Source of the DNA: an uncultured Candidatus Saccharibacteria bacterium
GTDB lineage: Bacteria; Patescibacteriota; CAZHWT01
NCBI GenBank assembly: GCA_964554805.1
Contig: CAZKPX010000004.1
Span: 13,638 to 70,438, forward strand
Direction of reading: 5' to 3'
DNA length: 56,801 nt
Shown here: piece after piece, positions 37,484-45,967 of the stretch
Position numbering within the stretch: position 1 is the first letter of the stretch
How the letters are laid out: every line of letters begins with the position of its first letter
Program-made: the position numbers and the translations under genes
The notes under the pieces: generated by a model
The model's database searches: none
Seen by the model: only the letters and a program-made list of their open reading frames with translations
What the model was told of the DNA's origin: nothing

Positions 37484-38647
37484 TTATGATACAGACCGGG
37501 CTTGGGCAAGACTAACCGTGATAGATGCTAAGACTTGATCTGCATCAAGCTTGACTAGCTGCTTAGCAGCATCCTTTTGCTGCTGAGTAGGTGGGTGCGC
37601 TAGCTGCTGTTCAATTGTATCGAATAATACTCTATCGGACAAAAGACTTTCTTTGACGATTGTGGCTGTCCCCGCCTCCACTAGCGCCTGAGCGTTTTTG
37701 GTCTGCTCATCATGTGTCACCCATGGAATAGGGATGCAGATGGCTGGCAGACCCCAATAGGCCAGCTCTAGGATCGTATTAGCGCCAGCCCGACATACCA
37801 CTAAGCTAGCTGCTTTATAGATATGACCGATTTGGCTGACTGCCAATTGCTGGAGCGGTAAGTAGTCTTGAGCTAATTTGCTTGGCAACCTTTTTTGCAA
37901 TTCTGTCAATCTTTCATAGTCAGCGAACTTTTGATTGGATCCCGTTTGATGAATAACTCTATACACCGTTAATAATTTTTCTAGATCCTGCTCCACTGCT
38001 AGGTTGATAACATGCGAACCAAGGCCACCGCCCGTAACATAAATAAGCGGCTTGGCGGACTTGCGTTGCAGCCAGCCAAGAACCGGATCGGATTTAAGAC
38101 CATCGCTGGTTGGATTGGCTACCTGCTGGTTGAGCGGATTACCTGTCAGTACGACTTTTTTAGCATTAAAATATGTCGCGGATTGAGGAAAAGTTATGGC
38201 AATGACATTGGCCATACGAGAGGCAATCTGATTGGCAAGTCCAACTGCGGCTGTTTGCTCATGAATAACAACCGGTATGCCTTGCATCCAAGCAGCCCAG
38301 ACAACAGGCAAGGAGACATAGCCACCAGTCGATAAAACTACCTGCGGCTTAAAATCCTTGACCACTTTGAATGCTTGAAAAATACCAGGTACGACACCCC
38401 ACAGTCGGGTTACTGTGGTCAACGACAAACCGTCTCTTTTTAGCTTGCCTGCAGAAATCGCAACAAAAGGAATATCAGTTGGCTGAACTAAGGATTGTTC
38501 AACCGATGGTCCGGTTGAGCCCTCCATGGTCAACGTGCCACCAACATACAATAGTTCCATGTCGGATTGTGCTTGCAACACTTTTGCCACTGCTAGGGCC
38601 GGCGAAACATGACCGCCCGATCCTCCGCCAGTAATCAGAATCTTCAT
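37484..38647 (-). CDS. murG: UDP-GlcNAc:lipid I GlcNAc transferase MurG
   Basis: 387 aa. N-terminal ITGGGSGGHVSPALAV, C-terminal CRAGANTILE. Confidence 0.92.
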   Translation of the reverse strand: MKILITGGGSGGHVSPALAVAKVLQAQSDMELLYVGGTLTMEGSTGPSVEQSLVQPTDIPFVAISAGKLKRDGLSLTTVTRLWGVVPGIFQAFKVVKDFKPQVVLSTGGYVSLPVVWAAWMQGIPVVIHEQTAAVGLANQIASRMANVIAITFPQSATYFNAKKVVLTGNPLNQQVANPTSDGLKSDPVLGWLQRKSAKPLIYVTGGGLGSHVINLAVEQDLEKLLTVYRVIHQTGSNQKFADYERLTELQKRLPSKLAQDYLPLQQLAVSQIGHIYKAASLVVCRAGANTILELAYWGLPAICIPIPWVTHDEQTKNAQALVEAGTATIVKESLLSDRVLFDTIEQQLAHPPTQQQKDAAKQLVKLDADQVLASITVSLAQARSVS

Positions 38648-40005
38648 ACCTGTAGTATAGCAGCTTGTTTAAAAACTTGCCCCCGGTGCTTATAATCTGA
38701 AAACATGTCAAAACTTTTTGCTCCTGGTGACAACAGGACTATGCCGGTAGAAGCGTGTTGCTGGAGTATTACTCTTGCTTTTGATACTGCTTTTGCTATA
38801 TCTGCTTGATCATAAACCATGGGGATAGTTATGCCGATAGTTTCGGCAGCTCCATGAATTGAGTCTGAATCTTGCCCCATAACAACAATGGCCTTGAGGT
38901 GTTGACATTGAGATAGATCTTTTAATACCGCAGCCCAATTTGCGTGACGATTCTGGCCACCCAGTAGAAGGACCACCGGCTTATCAAATGCCTGCACGGC
39001 TGCCAGGGTAGATTCGGGCGTGGTGGAAATAGAATCATCTATGTACTCAATTCCGTTAATTGATGCTACTGACTCTAAACGGTGTGGCAGTGGCCGATAT
39101 TGGCTAATAGCTTGGACAATGGTGCTGTCATTAACTTGATTTAAATGGGCTGCCATGGCTGCTGCTGCGATATTTTGTAGATTATGTTTACCGAGCAAGC
39201 TCATTTGCGGCAGAGCGATGCTGACTGATCGGTGTTTATTAGTAATCTCCAATGAATCGGCTGCATAGTGGATTCCTTGCTCTACGGCCTTGCCACTCAT
39301 GGCGAAGCGTTGGGCTGAAGTACTAACAATTTGACGGGTTAAAGAAAAGTCATTGTTGAATATAGCTATGTCGTCGATGGTTTGATGTTGAAATAGTTGA
39401 CTTTTGGCTTGCAAATAATTTGATAGTCGGCCATGCAGCTCTAGATGTTCGGGCACTATCATGAGACCAATCGCCATATGGGGAGAATACATAGCATCCC
39501 ATAATTGATAACTAGATAGTTCTGCGACAACAACATCTTGTGGCCCTACTTGGTCAATAATATCTAGGAATGGCACACCAATGTTGCCGGCCAAGTGCAC
39601 TCTTTTTCCTGACAACTTAAGCATGTCATGTAATAATGAGCTGGTTGTCCCCTTGCCTTTTGTACCAGTAATGCCAATCGTTTGAGCAGCGAATTGCTGG
39701 AGAAATAGATTAGTTTGGCTAACAATTTTTAGGGGGTCGATCCCTTGTAGCGCCGAATGATTTGGATTGAATGAAGGGGTGCGAAAGATTAAGTCAAAAT
39801 GATTTAAATCCAGCTGACCATACTCTCCAACCGTAACTTCAGGGATAGTTTGAGCTTCAACCCGCCTATCAAAAATTGTAATATCTTTAACATAATGTCG
39901 TTGAAGAAACTTAACTGTGGATTTTCCTTCTATACCGCACCCTAGCACAGCCACTTTTGGGAAATCATTTAGCAGAGAGATGTATGATTCGTTGCTTGGT
40001 TTCAC
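38644..40005 (-). CDS. murD: UDP-MurNAc-L-Ala:D-Glu ligase MurD
   Basis: GITGTKGKGTT P-loop and Mur ligase layout. The preferred start is GTG at 40003-40005: AAGGAG lies 5 nt upstream and GTGA overlaps the upstream stop. The ORF track starts at 40023. Confidence 0.88.
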   Translation of the reverse strand: MKPSNESYISLLNDFPKVAVLGCGIEGKSTVKFLQRHYVKDITIFDRRVEAQTIPEVTVGEYGQLDLNHFDLIFRTPSFNPNHSALQGIDPLKIVSQTNLFLQQFAAQTIGITGTKGKGTTSSLLHDMLKLSGKRVHLAGNIGVPFLDIIDQVGPQDVVVAELSSYQLWDAMYSPHMAIGLMIVPEHLELHGRLSNYLQAKSQLFQHQTIDDIAIFNNDFSLTRQIVSTSAQRFAMSGKAVEQGIHYAADSLEITNKHRSVSIALPQMSLLGKHNLQNIAAAAMAAHLNQVNDSTIVQAISQYRPLPHRLESVASINGIEYIDDSISTTPESTLAAVQAFDKPVVLLLGGQNRHANWAAVLKDLSQCQHLKAIVVMGQDSDSIHGAAETIGITIPMVYDQADIAKAVSKARVILQQHASTGIVLLSPGAKSFDMFSDYKHRGQVFKQAAILQV

Positions 40006-41414
40006 GATAGCTCCTTTGACCACTTCTGCTCTAGTAGATTTGTTAATCGTTGTGGCAGCTGATGGCTGTTAGCCACAGACATAGACAGGAGCACGTCGCC
40101 TGGTTGCAATTGCTCTGCTAGTCGATCAAGTGCTTGGTCAACATCCTCAACAACATGAATGTCTGCCGGACTGATTATTTGCCGAGCAATATCTGACGAA
40201 CTAATGTCGGCAGAGATTGACTCTTCGCGAGCCGCTTCAATTGGTAGTAATAAAATATGGTCAGCCGAGCTAAAAGCCGATGCATAATCCTGCAGCAATG
40301 CTTTGACGCGCGAGTAGGTGTGTGGTTGATAGCAAGCCCACATTGAACCATGTCGCCACTGCTGAACAAATCGTTGTTTGGCACCACTGATGGTGGCTTT
40401 GATCTCGCTGGGATGGTGAGCATAATCGTCGATAATCGTAATGTGGTTTACTTGGCCCGTTATGACAAATCGACGATCGGCTCCAGCAAAGGTCTGCAAA
40501 CCTTTGCTAAATGAGCTATCAGAAATCCCCAACAGATTGCAGACAATGTACGCTGCACTGACATTGAGCGTATTATGCTGTCCCGCCAGAGGGCTCTTTA
40601 TGTCGACATGCTGATGTATAGATTGGAGAGTAAAAGTAGTTTGGGGATGGTATTTTTGACTATTAATTTTCCAGTCAGACTCCCCTGTCTGCCCATACCA
40701 AATTATTCGATGGGGCTTCCCGGATAAGAGCTGAGGTAAGTATGGATCATCGGCGCAGGCAATGATTATTTTATCTGAAGGCATAGAGTCAACCAGCTCA
40801 TCAAAAGCCTTAATAACATGATCGAATGTCGGAAATAAGTCAGGATGATCCCATTCAAGAGAGGTCAGAATCAAAATATCAGGATGATAAAACATGAACT
40901 TAGATCGCCGATCAATTTGCGATGAGCTGTATTCATCCCCTTCGATAATTACAACCTGGCTATCTGACAATTTAACACTTCTGCCTAGATTTGCCCCCTT
41001 CATGCCGATAAGGTAATCAGGATTATAGCCCGCTTGATCCAATAGCCAGGCGATCAATGTAGTGGTGGTAGTCTTGCCGTGAGTCCCACTTACGACGATT
41101 CGTTTCTTGCGGGCGGTTAACTCCTCGACCAGCTGCGGAAATGATTTAATTTCTAGATGAAGTCGCTTTGCTTCGAGTAGCTCGATATTGTCGGCAGGTA
41201 TATCATTGGCTAAAACAACCATATCCTGATGTTTCAGATGTGACTTATCATATGTGGTATAAAACTCAATACCTGCCTCAATCAAATCGGTGCTAGCAGG
41301 CGGGTAGGCGTTAATGGCCACTCCCGACACTCGATGCCCCTCTCTAGCTAACTGCAGAGCAAGTCCGCTCATCACTTGGCCACATATGCCGATAAAATAG
41401 TATCCTTTAGTCAT
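40002..41414 (-). CDS. Active Mur ligase of the MurC/Mpl family with Mpl-like signatures
   Basis: 470 aa. IGICGQVMSGLA...NAYPPAS N-domain, SGTHGKTTTT P-loop, EGDEYSSSQIDRRSKF, LEWDHPDLF and DDYAHHP. Confidence 0.85.
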   Translation of the reverse strand: MTKGYYFIGICGQVMSGLALQLAREGHRVSGVAINAYPPASTDLIEAGIEFYTTYDKSHLKHQDMVVLANDIPADNIELLEAKRLHLEIKSFPQLVEELTARKKRIVVSGTHGKTTTTTLIAWLLDQAGYNPDYLIGMKGANLGRSVKLSDSQVVIIEGDEYSSSQIDRRSKFMFYHPDILILTSLEWDHPDLFPTFDHVIKAFDELVDSMPSDKIIIACADDPYLPQLLSGKPHRIIWYGQTGESDWKINSQKYHPQTTFTLQSIHQHVDIKSPLAGQHNTLNVSAAYIVCNLLGISDSSFSKGLQTFAGADRRFVITGQVNHITIIDDYAHHPSEIKATISGAKQRFVQQWRHGSMWACYQPHTYSRVKALLQDYASAFSSADHILLLPIEAAREESISADISSSDIARQIISPADIHVVEDVDQALDRLAEQLQPGDVLLSMSVANSHQLPQRLTNLLEQKWSKELS

Positions 41415-41462
41415 AGAAATATACCTAATACGCTACATTGTATACTATATTTGATATATATT

Positions 41463-42632
41463 CTAGACTTTTTGAATTTTTTGGCGAGATATATTAAGCA
41501 CTATGCCGAGGGCGACTAACAAAACGACAAGCGATGTGCCGCCGCTAGAGATGAAGGGCAATGGCACGCCGGTTAGTGGGATAATGCTGACCGCTGCCAA
41601 TAAATTGATAAGGCTTTGGATGGCAATGAGCGACATGACACCGACAATAATCAACCGGCCTTGTTCGTCTGGCGCTTGATGAGAAAGTTTGAAGCCTTGC
41701 CATATCAGGTAGCCGATGATCAGAATCACGATCACTGCTCCTAAATAGCCGAGCTCTTCCCCAATAATAGCAAAGATGGAGTCAGATTCAACCACTGGTA
41801 ACCATTCATACTTTTGCTTGCTTTGCCCCAAGCCCAAGCCGGTCCAACCGCCACTGCCGAGGGCTATGAGCAACTGATTGACCTGGTAGTCAGCATTTTG
41901 GGCGTCGCCAGCTCCACCCCTAAGGAAGGTGGCGATGCGCTGCAAGCGGTAGGGCTGAGTAATAATCAAGATCAATCCAGCCAAACCAGCAACCGGCAAC
42001 AATATCAGGAAATGGCTGAGGCTTGCACCAGCCAAGAAGTACATAATGCCGGCTACAGCCATAATAATAGCGGCTGTGCCCAAATCTCCTTGAGGAACGG
42101 CCACTATAGCGGCAATCAAACCTACCAAAACCATATAGGGCACAAAACCCTTCTTGACTGACTTTAAATCGATTTTCTCGCTGGTTAACCACTTCGCCAA
42201 ATAGATAATCAAAGCAATGATCAGTGGATATGACGGTTGAAATGCCGGCAAGGGACCGATCTTTAGCCAACTGGTGGCACCGCCCAAAGTTACACCGAGA
42301 CCAGGAATAAAAACTGCAAATAAGCCAATGATGGTCACAGCTAGGATTAGCGGGGATAGCTTTAGCCATGTGTGGTACTCTACTCTACTGACAATAAACA
42401 TCGCTACTAGGCCCAAAGCCAAACTAATTGCTTGCTGACTCACAAAATGAAAATTATGGCCGTAGCGCGACATGGACACCACCACTGAAGCATCGTAGAC
42501 CATTAATAAGCCGAAGGCGGTGAGGGCCAGGACGGGTGCAAGAATGCGGAGGTCGAGTTTGGAGGAGCTGGTGTCACCAGCGGCTCTTCGACCAGATAGT
42601 ACTTTTCCATGTTTTAAGCGAATTGTAGACAT
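41463..42632 (-). CDS. ftsW: SEDS glycosyltransferase FtsW
   Basis: 389 aa, polytopic. SDSIFAIIGEELG and PLPFISSGGTS motifs, in dcw context. Confidence 0.9.
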   Translation of the reverse strand: MSTIRLKHGKVLSGRRAAGDTSSSKLDLRILAPVLALTAFGLLMVYDASVVVSMSRYGHNFHFVSQQAISLALGLVAMFIVSRVEYHTWLKLSPLILAVTIIGLFAVFIPGLGVTLGGATSWLKIGPLPAFQPSYPLIIALIIYLAKWLTSEKIDLKSVKKGFVPYMVLVGLIAAIVAVPQGDLGTAAIIMAVAGIMYFLAGASLSHFLILLPVAGLAGLILIITQPYRLQRIATFLRGGAGDAQNADYQVNQLLIALGSGGWTGLGLGQSKQKYEWLPVVESDSIFAIIGEELGYLGAVIVILIIGYLIWQGFKLSHQAPDEQGRLIIVGVMSLIAIQSLINLLAAVSIIPLTGVPLPFISSGGTSLVVLLVALGIVLNISRQKIQKV

Positions 42633-42673
42633 AATGGGCAGGGTGCTACTAATTTACATTACGGTGGCGCTGT

Positions 42674-43684
42674 TTATAGCAAGGCTATCCACAAACCGAG
42701 AAAAGCGCTTAAGATGCCGAATAGCCAGAAGCGCATTGTAACTTTCGTTTCAGTCCATCCTTTGGCCTCAAAATGATGATGCAAAGGGGCTATGAGGAAG
42801 ACTTTTTTGCCACGGAACTTTTTGGAGGCCATTTGAATTGCTGATGAGGCGAGCTCAACCATAAAAACTGCTCCGATAAATGGCAGCGCGAAGACATTTT
42901 GGCTCATTAAAGCAATGACTGCCAAGGCGGCGCCCAGAGCTAGTGCTCCAGTATCGCCCATAATGAATCGGGCAGGGTATATATTGAAGTATAGGAAAGC
43001 CAATACTGAGCCAATAAGGATAGCAATAAATAAAACTACATCAGCCGTTGAAAAGGCTGCGGCTAGATAGAAGAACGCTGCCAAGGCGATTAAAAGTAGG
43101 CCGCCGGACAGGCCATCCAAGCCATCTGTAATGTTAAACGCATTTGACATGGTGGCAATAACAAAGGCGGCGAAGGGGATATACCACCAGCCCAGCACAA
43201 TCTCCGTATCGAAGGGCAGTCTAATACTATCAAAACCCATATAGGTGTAGAGTAAGTACCCAACTACTAGACCAAGCAGCAGTTGGACAATCAACTTACT
43301 TCGAGCTCTCATGCCCCATAAACCTGAAGCCGGCGCCTCAAGGAATTTTCGGAGATCGTCATAGAAGCCCAGTGCCCCAAAGGTAATGAGAGTTATGGCC
43401 AGAATGCCGATTGTCCAGTTAACTTTGAAACTCGTGAATTGGTAAACGGCAAAACCTAGCGCAAGTACAGTAAAGATAATCAATACTCCACCCGCAGACG
43501 GCGTGCCAATTTTCGACTCATGGAGCTGGTCTATTAGATCTACTTGCTTGACTTGTCCTTTAATATATTCCCGCTGTCTCTGGAATTTTAATTTGTACAG
43601 AAGGTTGATAAAAGGCACAGCCAAGGCGGCGGCGATACCGGTTGATAGAAGAAGGGTGAGGAAGACTTTAGACATATAGGCCAA
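42674..43684 (-). CDS. mraY: Phospho-MurNAc-pentapeptide translocase MraY
   Basis: 336 aa. NAFNITDGLDGL and APLHHHFE motifs. Confidence 0.95.
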   Translation of the reverse strand: MAYMSKVFLTLLLSTGIAAALAVPFINLLYKLKFQRQREYIKGQVKQVDLIDQLHESKIGTPSAGGVLIIFTVLALGFAVYQFTSFKVNWTIGILAITLITFGALGFYDDLRKFLEAPASGLWGMRARSKLIVQLLLGLVVGYLLYTYMGFDSIRLPFDTEIVLGWWYIPFAAFVIATMSNAFNITDGLDGLSGGLLLIALAAFFYLAAAFSTADVVLFIAILIGSVLAFLYFNIYPARFIMGDTGALALGAALAVIALMSQNVFALPFIGAVFMVELASSAIQMASKKFRGKKVFLIAPLHHHFEAKGWTETKVTMRFWLFGILSAFLGLWIALL

Positions 43685-43709
43685 TCATGATTACATCATA
43701 TCAGAATGT

Positions 43710-44708
43710 TTAGTGTTTGGGAGGATCAGGCTTACGATAGGCTTCGAGAGCAAGGGTGGCAGCGGCTTGAGCTGGGCTCATAGTCGGCTTGATGATTCGG
43801 GTTTGAGGGTTGATTCTTCTTAGTTCGGCTTCGAATCGTCGATAGAGGTATCGACTATTGAGAATGGTGCTGCCAATAATAACTAGTGAGACTTTGGCGT
43901 CTCGCCAATCCAGCTTGGTCATGACAGCATCTACCATTTTCAATAGTTCGTTGACTGAGTGATTGAGTATGTGTTGAGCAACATGATCACCATCTTCGGC
44001 TACATCTGAGGCTAAGATAGCCAAGCTGGCTATCGAGGCTTTATCGGTATATTTCCGATAAATTACCTGATACATCTCATTCAGGGTATCTACCTGGAGG
44101 TGCTTAAAAACTGCTTTGGTTAATTTGGTGGCATCTGATCGCCCATCGAGATCTGAAGTAACAGCTCGCAGAATGCGCAATCCTATATCATAGCCGCTCC
44201 CCTGATCCGACATAATATAATCCAGTCCGCCCGCTTGGACTATTTGCCCACTTTCGGAGCGTGCCAGACAATTAGATCCTGTTCCGGATAGTAAAATGAT
44301 GCCGACGCTATCCTCTACTCCGGCCCTCAAGGCGATCAAGCTGTCATTAACTACTGTCAGTTGGCCGATCATGGAGCTAAGAGAGCTGAGCTTGATGGCT
44401 TTTTCAAGGACTTGGTGATCATGATCAAAATTGTTTCCGGCTAGACCGAAGACTGCTTGATCAAATACCAAGGGCGGGGGAACTTTCAGCTCTGCTATGG
44501 CTTCTTGAACTGCCATTTCCAAATTGGCAATGACTGCCTCTAGACCAATCGTATGATAATTAGCGCCGACAGGAAATGTTTGTTGATAGATGGATTGCCC
44601 TTGCTGGTCAACGATGGCTACGGTAGTATTGCTGGCTCCGCCATCTATGCCAATAAATAGTTGTTCGTGGATTAGTCTTGATTTATTAGTCATATGTATT
44701 CCCATCAT
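43710..44708 (-). CDS. BadF/BadG/BcrA/BcrD-type ATPase, N-acetylglucosamine-kinase-like sugar kinase
   Basis: 332 aa. IGIDGGASNT, SGTGSN and GGLDYIMSDQGSGYDIG motifs are intact. Alternative ATG at 44693. Confidence 0.75.
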   Translation of the reverse strand: MMGIHMTNKSRLIHEQLFIGIDGGASNTTVAIVDQQGQSIYQQTFPVGANYHTIGLEAVIANLEMAVQEAIAELKVPPPLVFDQAVFGLAGNNFDHDHQVLEKAIKLSSLSSMIGQLTVVNDSLIALRAGVEDSVGIILLSGTGSNCLARSESGQIVQAGGLDYIMSDQGSGYDIGLRILRAVTSDLDGRSDATKLTKAVFKHLQVDTLNEMYQVIYRKYTDKASIASLAILASDVAEDGDHVAQHILNHSVNELLKMVDAVMTKLDWRDAKVSLVIIGSTILNSRYLYRRFEAELRRINPQTRIIKPTMSPAQAAATLALEAYRKPDPPKH

Positions 44709-44713
44709 GTAAT

Positions 44714-45967
44714 CTAGTCATGTCTGTCTATTTTTGCCCCCAATTTAATCAATCGATCTGCTAGCGATTCAAATCGCCCATCAATGGCGGCCATGTTGTG
44801 GAGCGTGCTTTGCTCATTGGCTGCTAACGATAGCAACAATCCAACAATACCGCCTGCAAAATCATTGACTGTATACTCAGCCGATTTAATCTTAGTTGGA
44901 CCAAATAAATGAAGGTCTTGATCTACTAAATAGCCGTCAACCAAAAACGCTTTAAGGCACGATAAAGCCTGCGCCAATTCATCTTCATGGTCGGAGCTAA
45001 AAATGCACTCACCCTGACTGAGACTAGATAGCGGTGTGAATAAAAGTAGCCAATCTTCGCTTAAGCCTGGGAAGGGCTTGGCAACTAATTGAATCGGCTG
45101 CCATTCCTGGTCGTGGGTATCTCGCCAGAAACGAATACTGCGACTATCAACTGTATATCGACCAGTCATCTGCTGGATTTTGGCTAAGAACGGCATGATA
45201 AGGGCCGATTTTACCCCTTCTATTTGAACATCACCGGCAGTCATATAGGCAGCAGTGGCCAAAAAAGCTGCCTCATAGCGATCTGGGACGATGGCGTGGG
45301 TGGTACCGGCCATTTCTGATTGCCCTTGAATTTGAAGTCTTGATTCATCTACTCGGTCGATAACGCCATTCATATGCCTTAAACACTGCATCACATCTTC
45401 GACTTCTGGGTTAATGACTGCGCCATCAATCAAGGTTGTGCCATCCGCGGTGGCGGCTAGAATGATAGTGGTGAGGGTTTGATCAGAACCCATACTTTGC
45501 AAATCCAGAGATGCGGCATGGAGATGGTTAAGAGATATTACTGTATGAGATTGTTTGGTAATTTGAGCGCCAAATTGTTCCAAAATTGGCCATAAATAGT
45601 TAAAATCCGACTGGAGAGGCGGCGGAATATCAATCGTGAGCTGTCGACACCGTACCAGGATGGCGGCCAGGAGGCTAGGCGGCCAGCCGACGACATCCCG
45701 AGCATCAACAATGGCGCTCGGCGATGCAACTTGGGCTGCATGGACAGTTATTTCATGACTATGCGTCCAATCTATGGCTATGCCAAATCCCCGCAACTCA
45801 TTCATTAGTGTATCTAAATCTTTCAGGTGAGGAACATTTGTAATAGTGACCTTGTCGGTAGTGAGCAAGGAGGCTGCCAGCACTCCGACGGCTGCTAGTG
45901 GCGAGCCTTTTACAGAAATAATGCCGCGGAGCGCAGAGCCACCTTTGACTTTATAGGTGATACTCAT
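44714..45967 (-). CDS. MurA/EPSP-synthase-fold protein, divergent, predicted catalytically inactive
   Basis: 417 aa. The N-terminus YKVKGGSALRGIISVKGSPLAAVGVLAASLL...ITNVPHLKDLDTLMNELRGFG parallels MurA. C-terminus IDGRFESLADRLIKLGAKI. Catalytic positions are substituted (see findings). Confidence 0.7.
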   Translation of the reverse strand: MSITYKVKGGSALRGIISVKGSPLAAVGVLAASLLTTDKVTITNVPHLKDLDTLMNELRGFGIAIDWTHSHEITVHAAQVASPSAIVDARDVVGWPPSLLAAILVRCRQLTIDIPPPLQSDFNYLWPILEQFGAQITKQSHTVISLNHLHAASLDLQSMGSDQTLTTIILAATADGTTLIDGAVINPEVEDVMQCLRHMNGVIDRVDESRLQIQGQSEMAGTTHAIVPDRYEAAFLATAAYMTAGDVQIEGVKSALIMPFLAKIQQMTGRYTVDSRSIRFWRDTHDQEWQPIQLVAKPFPGLSEDWLLLFTPLSSLSQGECIFSSDHEDELAQALSCLKAFLVDGYLVDQDLHLFGPTKIKSAEYTVNDFAGGIVGLLLSLAANEQSTLHNMAAIDGRFESLADRLIKLGAKIDRHD

